Below are positions 18,567 through 28,794 of a stretch of DNA of 64,000 nucleotides, in pieces. Within the stretch, counting starts at the first letter, position 1. Every line of letters starts with the position of its first letter. The DNA lies in contig JBGSZS010000016.1 in NCBI GenBank assembly GCA_041750285.1, forward strand, positions 32,001-96,000, read 5' to 3'. This DNA is from Candidatus Fermentibacteraceae bacterium. Its GTDB lineage: Bacteria > Fermentibacterota > Fermentibacteria > Fermentibacterales > JCC-6. The notes beneath the pieces were generated by a model. The model worked only from the letters and a program-made list of their open reading frames with translations. It ran no database searches and had not been told where the DNA came from. A program made the position numbers and the translations under genes.

Positions 18567-21500
18567 CGCGTCCCACCTCCAAGGTACAACGACACAGTGG
18601 CGGAGTCCCCGAGAAGCTCCCTCAGACCGGTCAGCAGTTTCCTGTCCGGCTCGACCCGGAGGCTCCTCGACTCACCAACATAAAACCTTCCCGTCAATCC
18701 ACAATCCATCTCCACGAACACGGGCATCCTTCCGGGATGTTGCCTCAGGAGGTCAAGCATCCTGCCGAAGAGGGGGTTCGATACACCGTCGCCCGTCACC
18801 CTCACCCTCACCCTGACCCCGGAGAGTCTGCGCAGTTCATCGAGCGGGTCGATGCGTTCAACACAGAACCTTGCCTCGCCGCGGCCGTTCTGAACCCTGC
18901 CCTGAATGAGAAGCGGTTTTCCGGACTCGAGCCGTGAACAGCACCTCTCGAGGGCATCGGCCCATATCGTGGCCTCACACGAATCGGAAACCCCGGAAAG
19001 GGTCACGAAGGCCATCCTGCCCCGGGGGGAATCGCGGTACTTCACGGCGTCCACGGTCGCGGCCACTGCTGCCATCTGGGCTCCCCGGTACTGCATGACT
19101 GTTCCGGGGGTATGGGTGGCGTAGGCCTTGATCTCCTCGGCGTATTCATCGAGCGGGTGACCCGTGAGGTAGAAACCCAGAAGCTCCTTCTCCGCCCTAA
19201 GCATCTCATCCCTGGGCATCTCTTCCATGTCGGGAAGGGGCGGGGCAACCGGTTCCGCGCTGGGTGTCAGCCCGAAAAGCGACATCTGACCGGCTTCCCG
19301 GTGTTTCCTGCTGGCAGAAGCGTAGGTCAGCACCTTGTCCACCGATGCAAGAAGGGCCGACCTGGTCCCGGGCAGGCAATCAAGTGCTCCGGCGCTGATC
19401 AGGGATTCGATCACCTTCTTGTTCAGCCCGTTCTCGACCCTGTCGGCGAGGTCGTGTATTCCCTTGAAAACCCCACCCTCGCGTCTGGCGGCGACGATCT
19501 CGGCCGCTGGGTTCTCCCCGACGTTCTTGATGGCCTTAAGGGCATAGACGATCCTTCCCTGACGGTCAACATCGAAGGCCACGAGGCTGTCGTTGACCGA
19601 AGGCGGTCGTATCGTGAGACCCATCCTGCCGGCCTCGGACATGAGCGCGGCGAGCCTTTCGGTGCTGGATATCTCGCTGGACAGCGTTGCGGCCATGAAC
19701 TCGGCTGGGTGATGCGCCTTGAGATAGGCCGTCCAGTAGGCGATGATGGCGTAGCATACCGAATGGGACTTGTTGAAGCCGTACTCGCCGAACCTCCTTA
19801 TATGGTCGAAGATCTCGCGGGCCTTCCTCTCGGAGATGCCCCGGGACCGGGCTCCGCTGATGAATGCCTCGCCGAAGGATTCCATCTCCTCGGCGTTTTT
19901 CTTGCTTATTGCCCGCCTGAGGCTGTCCGCTTCGGCCATGCTCATGCCGGCGAACCGGTTGGCGATGTCCATGACCTGCTCCTGGTAGACTATCACGCCG
20001 TGGGTCTCGCCGAGGATCTCCTGCAGCTCGGGAATGGTGTCTTTGACGGGTCTTCCGTCCGACGCCCTTTTCTTGTTCTCGGCGTAGGCGTCGATCATGT
20101 GCATCGACCCGGGTCTGAAGATCGCCACCGCGGCGGTCACGTCATCGAACCTGTCCACCCCGATCTTGCGCAGCGCATCGCGCATCCCCGGGCTTTCCAG
20201 CTGAAAGACGCCTGCGGTCTCGACACGGTTCAGGAGATCAAGTGTCCCGGTGTCGTCGAGCGGGACCTTCTCGATGTCGAAGTCGGGCAGGGTGCGGCGG
20301 ATCATCTCCTGTGCATGATGCAGGACCGTCACGGTTCTCAGCCCCAGCACATCCAGCTTCATCAGGCCGATCTTTTCGGCCGACTTCATTTCGAACTGGG
20401 TGGTGAGCCCCTTCTCCCGGGAGAAACACAGGGGAACGAAGTCCGTCAGGTCTCCGGGTGTGATGACCACTCCCGCGGCGTGAACGCCCATGTGTCTCGC
20501 GACACCGGAAAGCTCGTCGCAGTAGCGGAAGAGGGTTGCGACACCGGGATCGGCTTCGATCTCCTGCTGGAGCCCCGGGACCTGACGGGCCACTGCCTCG
20601 AGGGATGTGTCCTGCTCGGGGGCGGTTGCCACGAGTTTCGACAGCCGGTCACCGGTTTCGTAGGGCATGCCCATCACCCTGGCCACGTCACGGACGGCTG
20701 CCCTGTTCTTCATCCTGTTGAATGAGACGATCTGGCAGACCCGGTTCTGCCCGTACTTCTCCACTATGTGCGCTATCACTTCGCCGCGGCGCTCGTAGCA
20801 AACGTCCATATCGATGTCGGGCATCTGTTTCCGGGCCGGGTTCAGGAACCGTTCGAAGCTGAGGCCGTAGTTCAGCGGATTCACGTCGGTAATGCCGATC
20901 GCCCAGGAGACAAGGCTGCCCGCGGCGCTTCCCCTTCCCGGACCCAGAGGGATCCCCTGCTTGCGGGCCCAGCGGGCAAGTTCCGACACGATCAGGAAGT
21001 ACCCCGGGAAACCCATGCTGCCAACAACATTGAGTTCGTACTCGAGCCTCTCGGTCTCGGGGCCTTCGGGATCGCGTCCGAGCCTCTCCCTGAGGCCGTT
21101 GACCGCAAGACACCTCAGGTGGCTGTTGAGGCTCTCCTCTCCCGGGGGAAGGGGGAAATCGGGCAGCAGAAAGCCTCCCTTGGAGAAGCTGAAGCTGCAC
21201 TGCTCGGCAATGGCGACGGTGTTCGTCACCGCTTCGGGGATCCAGGAGAAGAGCAGGGCCATCTCATCCGGCGTCTTCACATAGAATTCGGTGGTCCCGA
21301 ACCTCATCCGGCCGGGATCACTGAGGGTCTTCTTGGTCTGAAGGCAGAGCAGGACCTCATGAACCTCGGCGTGTTCACGCTTCAGGTAATGTGCATCGTT
21401 CGTGGCGACGGGAAGGGCGCCCGTCTCCCGGGCGATCTCCGCGAGGCCGGCCAGTATGTTCTTCTCCTCCGCAAGACCGTGGTCCATGAGTTCGATGAAG

Positions 21501-22021
21501 AACCGGTCCCTTCCCACCAGGTCCTGGTAGAAACGGACGGTTTCTATCGCTTCGGCCTTTCTGCCGCGGGTGAGATGAAAGGCGACCTCCCCCTGGAGAC
21601 ATGCTGAACCAATGACAAGCCCCCGATGGTACTGTGCAAGTATCTCGCGGTCGATCCGGGGCTTCCGGTAGAAACCCTCGGTCCAACCAAGGCTCGAGAG
21701 CCTGCAGAGGTTCCTGTAGCCCTCCTCGTCAGCCGCCAGAAGTGTCAGGTGACGGATGCCCTCGCCGGATTCGTCCGTTCTGTCGTGGCGGCTGCCCGGG
21801 GTGATGTAGGCCTCCATGCCCACGATGGGCGTCACCCCGTGGTTCTTCATCACATCGGAGAAGTGAACGGCGCCATAGAGGCTTCCGTGATCGGTGACGG
21901 CCACCGTGTCCATGCCGCTTTCCCGGAGGAAAGGCCCGAGCTTCTCGAACCTTATTGCGCCGTCGAGAAGGCTGTACTCCGAATGGAGGTGAAGGTGAAC
22001 GAACCGGGGCGAGTCACTCAT
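18563..22021 (-). CDS. dnaE: DNA polymerase III alpha subunit
   Basis: HLHLHSEYSLLDG, GPGRGSAAGS, PDIDMD, YGFNKSH. Confidence 0.98.
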   Translation of the reverse strand: MSDSPRFVHLHLHSEYSLLDGAIRFEKLGPFLRESGMDTVAVTDHGSLYGAVHFSDVMKNHGVTPIVGMEAYITPGSRHDRTDESGEGIRHLTLLAADEEGYRNLCRLSSLGWTEGFYRKPRIDREILAQYHRGLVIGSACLQGEVAFHLTRGRKAEAIETVRFYQDLVGRDRFFIELMDHGLAEEKNILAGLAEIARETGALPVATNDAHYLKREHAEVHEVLLCLQTKKTLSDPGRMRFGTTEFYVKTPDEMALLFSWIPEAVTNTVAIAEQCSFSFSKGGFLLPDFPLPPGEESLNSHLRCLAVNGLRERLGRDPEGPETERLEYELNVVGSMGFPGYFLIVSELARWARKQGIPLGPGRGSAAGSLVSWAIGITDVNPLNYGLSFERFLNPARKQMPDIDMDVCYERRGEVIAHIVEKYGQNRVCQIVSFNRMKNRAAVRDVARVMGMPYETGDRLSKLVATAPEQDTSLEAVARQVPGLQQEIEADPGVATLFRYCDELSGVARHMGVHAAGVVITPGDLTDFVPLCFSREKGLTTQFEMKSAEKIGLMKLDVLGLRTVTVLHHAQEMIRRTLPDFDIEKVPLDDTGTLDLLNRVETAGVFQLESPGMRDALRKIGVDRFDDVTAAVAIFRPGSMHMIDAYAENKKRASDGRPVKDTIPELQEILGETHGVIVYQEQVMDIANRFAGMSMAEADSLRRAISKKNAEEMESFGEAFISGARSRGISERKAREIFDHIRRFGEYGFNKSHSVCYAIIAYWTAYLKAHHPAEFMAATLSSEISSTERLAALMSEAGRMGLTIRPPSVNDSLVAFDVDRQGRIVYALKAIKNVGENPAAEIVAARREGGVFKGIHDLADRVENGLNKKVIESLISAGALDCLPGTRSALLASVDKVLTYASASRKHREAGQMSLFGLTPSAEPVAPPLPDMEEMPRDEMLRAEKELLGFYLTGHPLDEYAEEIKAYATHTPGTVMQYRGAQMAAVAATVDAVKYRDSPRGRMAFVTLSGVSDSCEATIWADALERCCSRLESGKPLLIQGRVQNGRGEARFCVERIDPLDELRRLSGVRVRVRVTGDGVSNPLFGRMLDLLRQHPGRMPVFVEMDCGLTGRFYVGESRSLRVEPDRKLLTGLRELLGDSATVSLYLGGGTR

Positions 22022-23148
22022 CGGCCGTCCCGGGATTCGTCTCCGGCCTGGTCAGCGGACCCGTAACGCTTCTCGAACTCCCTGAACTCCTCGTCGTCGG
22101 CCCTCAGCAGAAGGTCTTCCCCATCCTTCGCTTTCCGCACCGCGAGGTAGCACAGAGTCCAGAACGAGGCGCAGCTGGAAAGCCAGAACGAAACGATGAC
22201 AAGCGCCGCCGCCACACCGGAAAGGCCTGCCAGCCAGCCGGCGGCCCCCAGCCAGGGAGTCGCGCCGCCCTGAAGGCTGCCCAGGGGCGCAAGGAATGAG
22301 CCGTACTGGGAGACGAGCTGCGGGGCGGCAAGGTTCATCCCGCCCAGCATGGAAGTGACAAGACCATGACTGCCCATTCCCGCTCCGACCCCAAGGTCGA
22401 CAAGGGCCATGGCCCCGCGGGCGAAGGCGACGAACAGCACAAGGGCCGCACCCCGTGCGAGAAGCCCGGTCAGCGTGTAAAGCACGATTCGTGCCGGCTG
22501 CGACGTTATCGAGCTGAAGAGCTCGAAGAGGGTTTCAAAGGTGTCCCCCCTCGTGCAGGCAGTGATCGCGGGAACCATGGGAACGGCCATGACAAGAGCC
22601 ACGGCGGCGAGCACGCCGAAGAGCGAAAGCCCCCATGCGGGAACCGCCAGGATTCCCAGAATGATCGGACCGACGCCTGGAATCCTTCCGAAAAGCCCGA
22701 AAACGAAGAGTTTGAGGAGCAGTATGGAAAGCCCGGCAAGCACTGCCACTGGAACCATGAGAAGCGGTTTCCAGTTCGCGCGGTGGAAGATAAGCGCATC
22801 GCGGCCGCTGTAGAAGCCGTCACCCCTTATCTGTTCGAAGGTTATGCGGCTGACCTTCTGAAAAGCGCTCATGATTATCCAGACGCAACCCAGCAATGCG
22901 GCGGCCATGAAGACCATGGCCACGGTGCTTTCCAGGAAGAGCCCCTCGGGGACAGGAAAGAGCCTCGACGCCTGCCAGCGTCCGGCCATTGAATCCCCCG
23001 CGGCGAAGAATCCGAGGTAGATCATCCCGGCCCAGAGAAGCCAGGATAGAACGAGCGCCTTCCATACCACCCAGAGGTTCCTGGCGCTCAGACCGTGCTT
23101 GACCGAAAGAACCATGTCCCGAATGTCGAAACGGAGTTTGTGAACCAC
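22018..23148 (-). CDS. Multi-pass membrane protein, unknown function
   Basis: About 7-8 hydrophobic segments; GTG at 23148 after GGGAGG; stop overlaps the dnaE start. Confidence 0.75.
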   Translation of the reverse strand: MVHKLRFDIRDMVLSVKHGLSARNLWVVWKALVLSWLLWAGMIYLGFFAAGDSMAGRWQASRLFPVPEGLFLESTVAMVFMAAALLGCVWIIMSAFQKVSRITFEQIRGDGFYSGRDALIFHRANWKPLLMVPVAVLAGLSILLLKLFVFGLFGRIPGVGPIILGILAVPAWGLSLFGVLAAVALVMAVPMVPAITACTRGDTFETLFELFSSITSQPARIVLYTLTGLLARGAALVLFVAFARGAMALVDLGVGAGMGSHGLVTSMLGGMNLAAPQLVSQYGSFLAPLGSLQGGATPWLGAAGWLAGLSGVAAALVIVSFWLSSCASFWTLCYLAVRKAKDGEDLLLRADDEEFREFEKRYGSADQAGDESRDGR

Positions 23149-23149
23149 G

Positions 23150-23839
23150 TCAATCCTCCCTGCCTGCGGTTTCCCGTTCTTCTTCTCCGGGTCGTAACAT
23201 ACTTCCGGTCCCGGTTTCACGGAAGTTCACGGCAAGACACACCACTTCCGAGGCCCCGCCGGCCAAAAGGGCAAGGCGTGCGTGCGCAATGGTTTCCCCG
23301 GTGGCCCTTACATCGTCGAGAAGCCAGATGCGCCCGGGGGGCGCCTTCGAGGGGGCACTGAAAACCCCGGACAGGTTGTGCCTTCTCTCAACTGCGGTAA
23401 GACCCACCTGGCTGGGACCGGGATTGCGGACGAGAAGCTCCTTGAAACGCCCTCCCGTGAGGGTGCACACACGGCGGGCGATTAGGTTGACCTGGTTGTA
23501 TCCCCGTCTGCGGAGGGTGCGCCGGGAAGATGGAACGCATGTGACGGTCTCACCCGGGGAGGGAAGCCTCTCCCACTCTCCAACAGCCATCTCAGCGAGA
23601 ACGGCGCCGAGATGTCTCTCGCCCGAGTATTTGAGGCGTATCATCATCTCCCTCATGACCCCCGAGTGAAGGAAGGCCGCCGGACGGGGAGAATCGCCCC
23701 GGAAGGGAACGGGGTGGACCCTGGCCAGACACCACGGGCACAGTCTGGAACCCGGTGCGGGAGACCTTTCGGAACAGCCCGGACAAAGGTCCCGGAAGAA
23801 CAGGCCTATGATCTTTTTCGATGCGAGATGTAGAGCCAT
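23150..23839 (-). CDS. comF: ComF family phosphoribosyltransferase-like protein
   Basis: CPGC..CPWC zinc ribbon, RRRGYNQ, LLDDVRATG. Confidence 0.85.
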   Translation of the reverse strand: MALHLASKKIIGLFFRDLCPGCSERSPAPGSRLCPWCLARVHPVPFRGDSPRPAAFLHSGVMREMMIRLKYSGERHLGAVLAEMAVGEWERLPSPGETVTCVPSSRRTLRRRGYNQVNLIARRVCTLTGGRFKELLVRNPGPSQVGLTAVERRHNLSGVFSAPSKAPPGRIWLLDDVRATGETIAHARLALLAGGASEVVCLAVNFRETGTGSMLRPGEEERETAGRED

Positions 23840-24615
23840 GTTCCCAGGACAACCGAGGCGATCATCATGAACAGGCTTGCGAGCTGGTTGTCGGTTATTC
23901 CCGGTCTGCCGGCGAAGACGCTGTACCCAAGAAGGTCGAGCGGTGCATGGTCGAAATGGCGGACCTCCTCGAGCCCGAAGCGGGTGGCGCCGTAAAGACC
24001 AGTGAAAAGGCAGAAGATGAACCCCGGAAAATGCCTGCGTCTGTCTGCCAGAAGCAGGATGACAAGCATGAGCAACCCGAATCCTGATGCGTACAGCTGT
24101 GCCGGATGGAGCGGAATGCTTCCGTAGGCGTCCCAGGGCAGCGAGCCGGAAGGAAAGCACACGCCCAGTGCGCTTTCGGTGGGTGAACCGAAACAGCACC
24201 CGTTGAGGAAGCAGCCGATGCGAGTTATGAAAATGCCCAGGGGAAAAGCGGGGATCACGGCATCCACAAGCTCCCATAACGGCCAGCGCTTCCGGATGAT
24301 GTAGACGAAACCGGTGACAACCGCGAGGATCACGCCGCCCAGCATGCTGAGACCGTACAGACCATTCCAGAACGCCACCATCTGTATGGGATCATCAGTG
24401 AACTGGTCGAGATGGGTGACCACGTACAGAAGCCGTGAGCCAACGATTGCGGCCAGCATGATCCAGACACCCATGCTGGTCACGTCATCCGAAGAGATCC
24501 CCCTCGCGGAGCTGCGCCGGGCCGCGAGCTTCACCCCAAGCAGGAAGGAGACCGCAAGGGCGAGCCCGTACGAGTTAAGGGGAACACTGCCGATGTGAAA
24601 AAGTACTGGATGCAT
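23806..24615 (-). CDS. lgt: Prolipoprotein diacylglyceryl transferase
   Basis: MHPVLF..SYG, GSRLLY, RIGCFLNGCCFG, HPAQLY. Confidence 0.93.
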   Translation of the reverse strand: MHPVLFHIGSVPLNSYGLALAVSFLLGVKLAARRSSARGISSDDVTSMGVWIMLAAIVGSRLLYVVTHLDQFTDDPIQMVAFWNGLYGLSMLGGVILAVVTGFVYIIRKRWPLWELVDAVIPAFPLGIFITRIGCFLNGCCFGSPTESALGVCFPSGSLPWDAYGSIPLHPAQLYASGFGLLMLVILLLADRRRHFPGFIFCLFTGLYGATRFGLEEVRHFDHAPLDLLGYSVFAGRPGITDNQLASLFMMIASVVLGTWLYISHRKRS

Positions 24616-24663
24616 TCTTCCCTCCCTGAGTCAGAGGGGAATCTAACTGCTGAAACCCCCGGG

Positions 24664-25854
24664 CTACCAGCTTCTCCAGTTGCGGGCCGCGTTCAGGGCA
24701 AGACCCACCATGAGCATCTCGGTGAATATGTGGCTGCCTCCGTAGGTCATGAGGGGAAGCGGAAGGCCGGTCACCGGCATGATCCCGACCGCCATGCCGA
24801 TGTTCACGAACACATGGATCAGGAAGTAGATCCCCACACCTGCCGCCATTATGGAGTTGAACGGGTTCATCGAACGTCGGGCGGCGAGGAGTATGCGCCA
24901 TATGAGGAGTGCGTAGACACCAAGCAGGAAGACCGAGCCGACGAATCCGAACTCTTCGGCAAAAACGCTGAAAATGAAGTCGGTGTGCCGAGCGGGGAGA
25001 TAGGCAAGGGTTTTCTGGGTCCCCCTTAGAAATCCCTGCCCGTAGAAGCGCCCGGCTCCCACCGCCACCTGGGACTGGATGATGTTCCATCCTGCGCCCT
25101 GCGGATCCTGGGCGGGGTCGAGAAAGGTCGTGAGCCTGGCCTTCTGGTATGGCATCATGAGGTTCCATGCAACCGGCGTCAGCGCGGCTACCGCAGTGTT
25201 GAGGACCGTCAGGAACACCCACTTCCAGGCCGGAGCCCTGTCACGGTAGAGAACAGCGCACAGCAGCAGGGTGAACAGCAGCCACCATCCGAAGCCGATG
25301 GAGGACACTGCTGCAAGGATCGGGCTGACGAACAGGAATATCCACCTGAAACCGAACCCCCCCCAGTAAAGCATTCCAAGCACGATGAGACCCATCGCGA
25401 CACCGGTCCCAAGGTCGGGCTGAAGCACTGTGAGGCCGACGAGAATGGCCACACCGCCCAGGAAGATCGGCCCGCTGCGCCTCACGGCCCCGCTCTTCAG
25501 TCCGGGAAGCCACCGGGCGGAAACAATTATCAGGGCGGTCTTGGCGAATTCCGAAGCCTGCAGGTTGACCGGGCCGATGACCAGCCACCGGCCGGCGGGA
25601 CCCTGTCCGAAAAACATCGTGAGTACGAGAAGCGCGGCAACGGGAGGGTAGACGAAGGGCGACAGCTCCTCGATCATTCGCAGCGGGATGTTGTAGGCTA
25701 CGGTAAAGACGACCAGCCCAACCGCAACGACAGCCAGCTGTCTGTAGAACAGGTCCCCCCCCGAATCTGCTGAGTAGACCGAAAGAAGCCCGATGCAAAG
25801 CAGAACGCCCAGGGCCAGTGCAAGCAGGAGATCGATCCTGTCACCACTGCGCAT
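24664..25854 (-). CDS. rodA: Rod shape-determining protein RodA (SEDS family)
   Basis: QASEFAK, QPDLGT, PYQKARL, HTDFIFS, PVTGLPLP; start at MRSGD. Confidence 0.95.
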   Translation of the reverse strand: MRSGDRIDLLLALALGVLLCIGLLSVYSADSGGDLFYRQLAVVAVGLVVFTVAYNIPLRMIEELSPFVYPPVAALLVLTMFFGQGPAGRWLVIGPVNLQASEFAKTALIIVSARWLPGLKSGAVRRSGPIFLGGVAILVGLTVLQPDLGTGVAMGLIVLGMLYWGGFGFRWIFLFVSPILAAVSSIGFGWWLLFTLLLCAVLYRDRAPAWKWVFLTVLNTAVAALTPVAWNLMMPYQKARLTTFLDPAQDPQGAGWNIIQSQVAVGAGRFYGQGFLRGTQKTLAYLPARHTDFIFSVFAEEFGFVGSVFLLGVYALLIWRILLAARRSMNPFNSIMAAGVGIYFLIHVFVNIGMAVGIMPVTGLPLPLMTYGGSHIFTEMLMVGLALNAARNWRSW

Positions 25855-27574
25855 CGGGATACAGCCTTTCGATCGTTTTCTCCACAATGGCCAGGGCAAG
25901 CGGGCCTGCCACGGCTCCTCCCGAGCCGGCGTGCTCGACGAAAACGGCATATGCCACGGGCGCCGGCCGGAGTACGTAACCGCACACCCAGGCGTGATCT
26001 TCCCCGGTGTGTGTCTCGGCCGTGCCGCTCTTGGCCCTAATGGGAATGGGGCTTGCGCCCATGGAAAGGTGCAGTGTACCGTTGCGCCTCGTAACCGCGG
26101 ACCTGAGACCCCTGTCCAGCTCATCGAAGGTCCCGGTGGAAACGAGCGGTTCGAGCTTCTCGCCGCAGGGTTCGTCTCCGATCACCAGGGAGAGTTCCGG
26201 CATGTCTCCCCGGGATGCCACGAGCCCGCAGACCACTGCCATCTGGAGGGGGGTCGTCAGGAGTTCGCCCTGCCCTATCGAGATGTTGAGCAGATTCCCC
26301 TGCCCCCAGCCTCCGGCGCCGTACAGCTCATTCATCATGGCCCGGTCCGGGACGACACCTGCTGCCTCACCGGGCAGAACGTCCGTAAGCCGTGCGCCGA
26401 GCCCCATAGACCTTGCGATGAGTGCAAGGTCGTCCATGTTGCCATTCTGCGAAGTCCTGTAGAAATAACTGTCGCACGAAACCGTCAAAGCCTCCTCGAG
26501 GTCCAGCCTCCCATGGATTCCCCAGCACCTGAAGACATTGCCGCCGTAAGACACTGAACCGAAGCAGGGGTCGGGCATGTAACCGGCCGTTACGATCCCC
26601 TTCTCGAGAAGCCAGGCAGCGGTCACTATCTTGAAGGTTGACGCGGGGGGGTAGGCGGTACTCCATGCACGGTTGAGCAGAGGCTTCTGGGGATTGGAGA
26701 GAATGGCGTTCCAGTCCCGCGAGGAGATCCCGCCGATGAAAAGGTTGGGGTCGAAACCCGGAACCGATGAGAGGCAGAGCAGCTCACCGGTTGACCAGTC
26801 GAGAACGACCGCTGCTCCGGGATGACCGGTGGCGAGGAGAACGCTGTCGGCAAAGACCTGCAGGCCGGCGTCTATGGTAAGTGATATGTCCTCACCGGGG
26901 ACCGGCGTGCTCTCGGGCGAGTCACCGAACGTATCCACGACCCTTCCGTAGGCGTCGACGACTTCCCTGATGAAACCCGGCGTCCCCATGAGCCTGTCGT
27001 TGAGTATCCGTTCAAGGCCGGTCACGCCGGTAAGCTCGCCCTGGTATCTGGCCGCGCTGTCCGCGAGGCTCACGTATCCCATCAGATGGCAGAAGGAACT
27101 GCCCAGCCGGTACCTTCTTCTGGGGGTGACAGAGACTATCACGCCGGGAAGCCTGTAGGAGTTTTCGGCCACCGGGGCCACAGAGATCAGGTCGAGGTCC
27201 TCCCGAACCACGATCGCCCTGTACGGTGACTGCATCGCGGCATCGAGCCTCTCCTCCATATCCTGTCGTGACATCGAGAGGAGTTCAGCAAGCGCCCAGC
27301 TGTTGGCGGGGTCGAACTCCGAGTGGATCACCGCGACGGAGAACGCGGGCTCATTGTCGGCTATGACCTCTCCGGACCTGTCCGTCACCACACCCCGCGG
27401 CGCCGGCACCGCAACGCTCCTGATCCTGTTCCGGGCCGCAAGCGTGCTGTAGTATTCTCCACGAACCAGCTGAAGGTACACTAGCCTCACCGTCAGGACC
27501 GTGAACAAAGCCAGCAGTATGAGTATCATGCTTTTGAGGGGCCACTCACGCCCCCCGCGCTCGATTCCCCTCAT
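25841..27574 (-). CDS. mrdA: Penicillin-binding protein 2
   Basis: PAPRG..DR, PPASTFK (SxxK), SCD, KSGTAE; start at MRGIE. Confidence 0.95.
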   Translation of the reverse strand: MRGIERGGREWPLKSMILILLALFTVLTVRLVYLQLVRGEYYSTLAARNRIRSVAVPAPRGVVTDRSGEVIADNEPAFSVAVIHSEFDPANSWALAELLSMSRQDMEERLDAAMQSPYRAIVVREDLDLISVAPVAENSYRLPGVIVSVTPRRRYRLGSSFCHLMGYVSLADSAARYQGELTGVTGLERILNDRLMGTPGFIREVVDAYGRVVDTFGDSPESTPVPGEDISLTIDAGLQVFADSVLLATGHPGAAVVLDWSTGELLCLSSVPGFDPNLFIGGISSRDWNAILSNPQKPLLNRAWSTAYPPASTFKIVTAAWLLEKGIVTAGYMPDPCFGSVSYGGNVFRCWGIHGRLDLEEALTVSCDSYFYRTSQNGNMDDLALIARSMGLGARLTDVLPGEAAGVVPDRAMMNELYGAGGWGQGNLLNISIGQGELLTTPLQMAVVCGLVASRGDMPELSLVIGDEPCGEKLEPLVSTGTFDELDRGLRSAVTRRNGTLHLSMGASPIPIRAKSGTAETHTGEDHAWVCGYVLRPAPVAYAVFVEHAGSGGAVAGPLALAIVEKTIERLYPDAQW

Positions 27575-28050
27575 GCTGATCTGCTTCTTGCGTGAACTAC
27601 TGCGGTCTGTACGACCGCAAGGAACAGCAGGGGTACCAGTACCCGGGGAAACACCAACAGCATCCTCTGGCCAAGGAAAAGCCCTGGCGGGCGGGATGCC
27701 AGCAGAATGAAGAGGATGTCGCTGACGACCGCGGCGATCGCTGCGTGGGAGTAGAACGAAACAGCACCGGCTGCGGTGGTTGCGCTGAGAAGGCTTCGGG
27801 CGGCAAGTATGCCAAGGATCATGGAAAGTGATGAGGTTCCGGGCGGTTGGTGGGTGAGGAGATCGAGACACAGCCCGGTGAAGAAGGCGCCCTGGATTCC
27901 CCACCCGCTGTCACGGTTCATGCCCAGGAAAACGAGCATCGGAACCAGCAGGTTGGGCGCGAACAAAAGCCTTCCCAGAGTGACCTCCATGAGGAACTGG
28001 ATGACCACCGTCAGCGCCACTGCCGCGGCGTCACGGAAAGAAACCCTCAC
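27571..28050 (-). CDS. mreD: Rod shape-determining protein MreD
   Basis: Hydrophobic, APNLL..GLCLDL; lies between mreC and mrdA. Confidence 0.8.
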   Translation of the reverse strand: MRVSFRDAAAVALTVVIQFLMEVTLGRLLFAPNLLVPMLVFLGMNRDSGWGIQGAFFTGLCLDLLTHQPPGTSSLSMILGILAARSLLSATTAAGAVSFYSHAAIAAVVSDILFILLASRPPGLFLGQRMLLVFPRVLVPLLFLAVVQTAVVHARSRSA

Positions 28051-28793
28051 GGGGCACCCTGATAGGGAAGAAGAATAAGCACTTCCCCAAGCCTTCTGAA
28101 GTCAACCGCCGGTTCCACCCGAAGTGAGATGTCCAGGCCCCTTGCCCCCTCTTCGACCGATGTGACCGTTCCGATGACAATGCCGTCAGGGTAGACGCCT
28201 CCGAACCTGCTGGTGAGAACCTGTTCACCAACCCGGGGTGGTACGGCCTGGTCGACATGGCTCATGCCGAGCCTGCCATCCGCGCTGGATGATACGAGGC
28301 CCATGGCTCCCGATTCCCCGCATACGGCACTGACCAGAACTCCCGGCAGGGTTATGGGCAGCACCGTGCAGGTGCGATCCCCGACCTGGTCGACTATTCC
28401 GACAAGACCCGCGGCTGCCAGACAGACCGAACCGGTCACCACACTGTCCCGGCTGCCCCTGTCGAGCACGAAGCCGCCCCCAACCAGGCCTTCAGTACGG
28501 TACAGCACCCTTGCCACCAGGGCCCTGGTCTCGGGAAGCCTTACATATCCCAGCAACTCCCTGTACAGCGAGGTCTTCATGGCGGCTTCCCGCAGCCTGG
28601 CGTTCTCGAGCATCAGTTCGAGAACGAGTGTCCGGGTGTAATATCCGTCATCGCCACCGGGATCCCTGAAAAACAACCCGGCGAACATTGCTCCAAGCCT
28701 GCTGCCGACACCCGACAGCAGGGCGGGGCCTGTCAGGATGAGGAGTATGGAAAGAAGGATGTATACGGGCAGCTTCTTCCGGGATCGGTCCAT
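28047..28793 (-). CDS. mreC: Rod shape-determining protein MreC
   Basis: ENARLRE, LDRGSRD, GLVGIV, TSRFGGVYPDGIVIG, PAVDF. Confidence 0.92.
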   Translation of the reverse strand: MDRSRKKLPVYILLSILLILTGPALLSGVGSRLGAMFAGLFFRDPGGDDGYYTRTLVLELMLENARLREAAMKTSLYRELLGYVRLPETRALVARVLYRTEGLVGGGFVLDRGSRDSVVTGSVCLAAAGLVGIVDQVGDRTCTVLPITLPGVLVSAVCGESGAMGLVSSSADGRLGMSHVDQAVPPRVGEQVLTSRFGGVYPDGIVIGTVTSVEEGARGLDISLRVEPAVDFRRLGEVLILLPYQGAP

Positions 28794-28794
28794 G

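Noticed and set aside
18563..22021. Intein or split in dnaE
   Set aside because: Normal length and continuous motifs.
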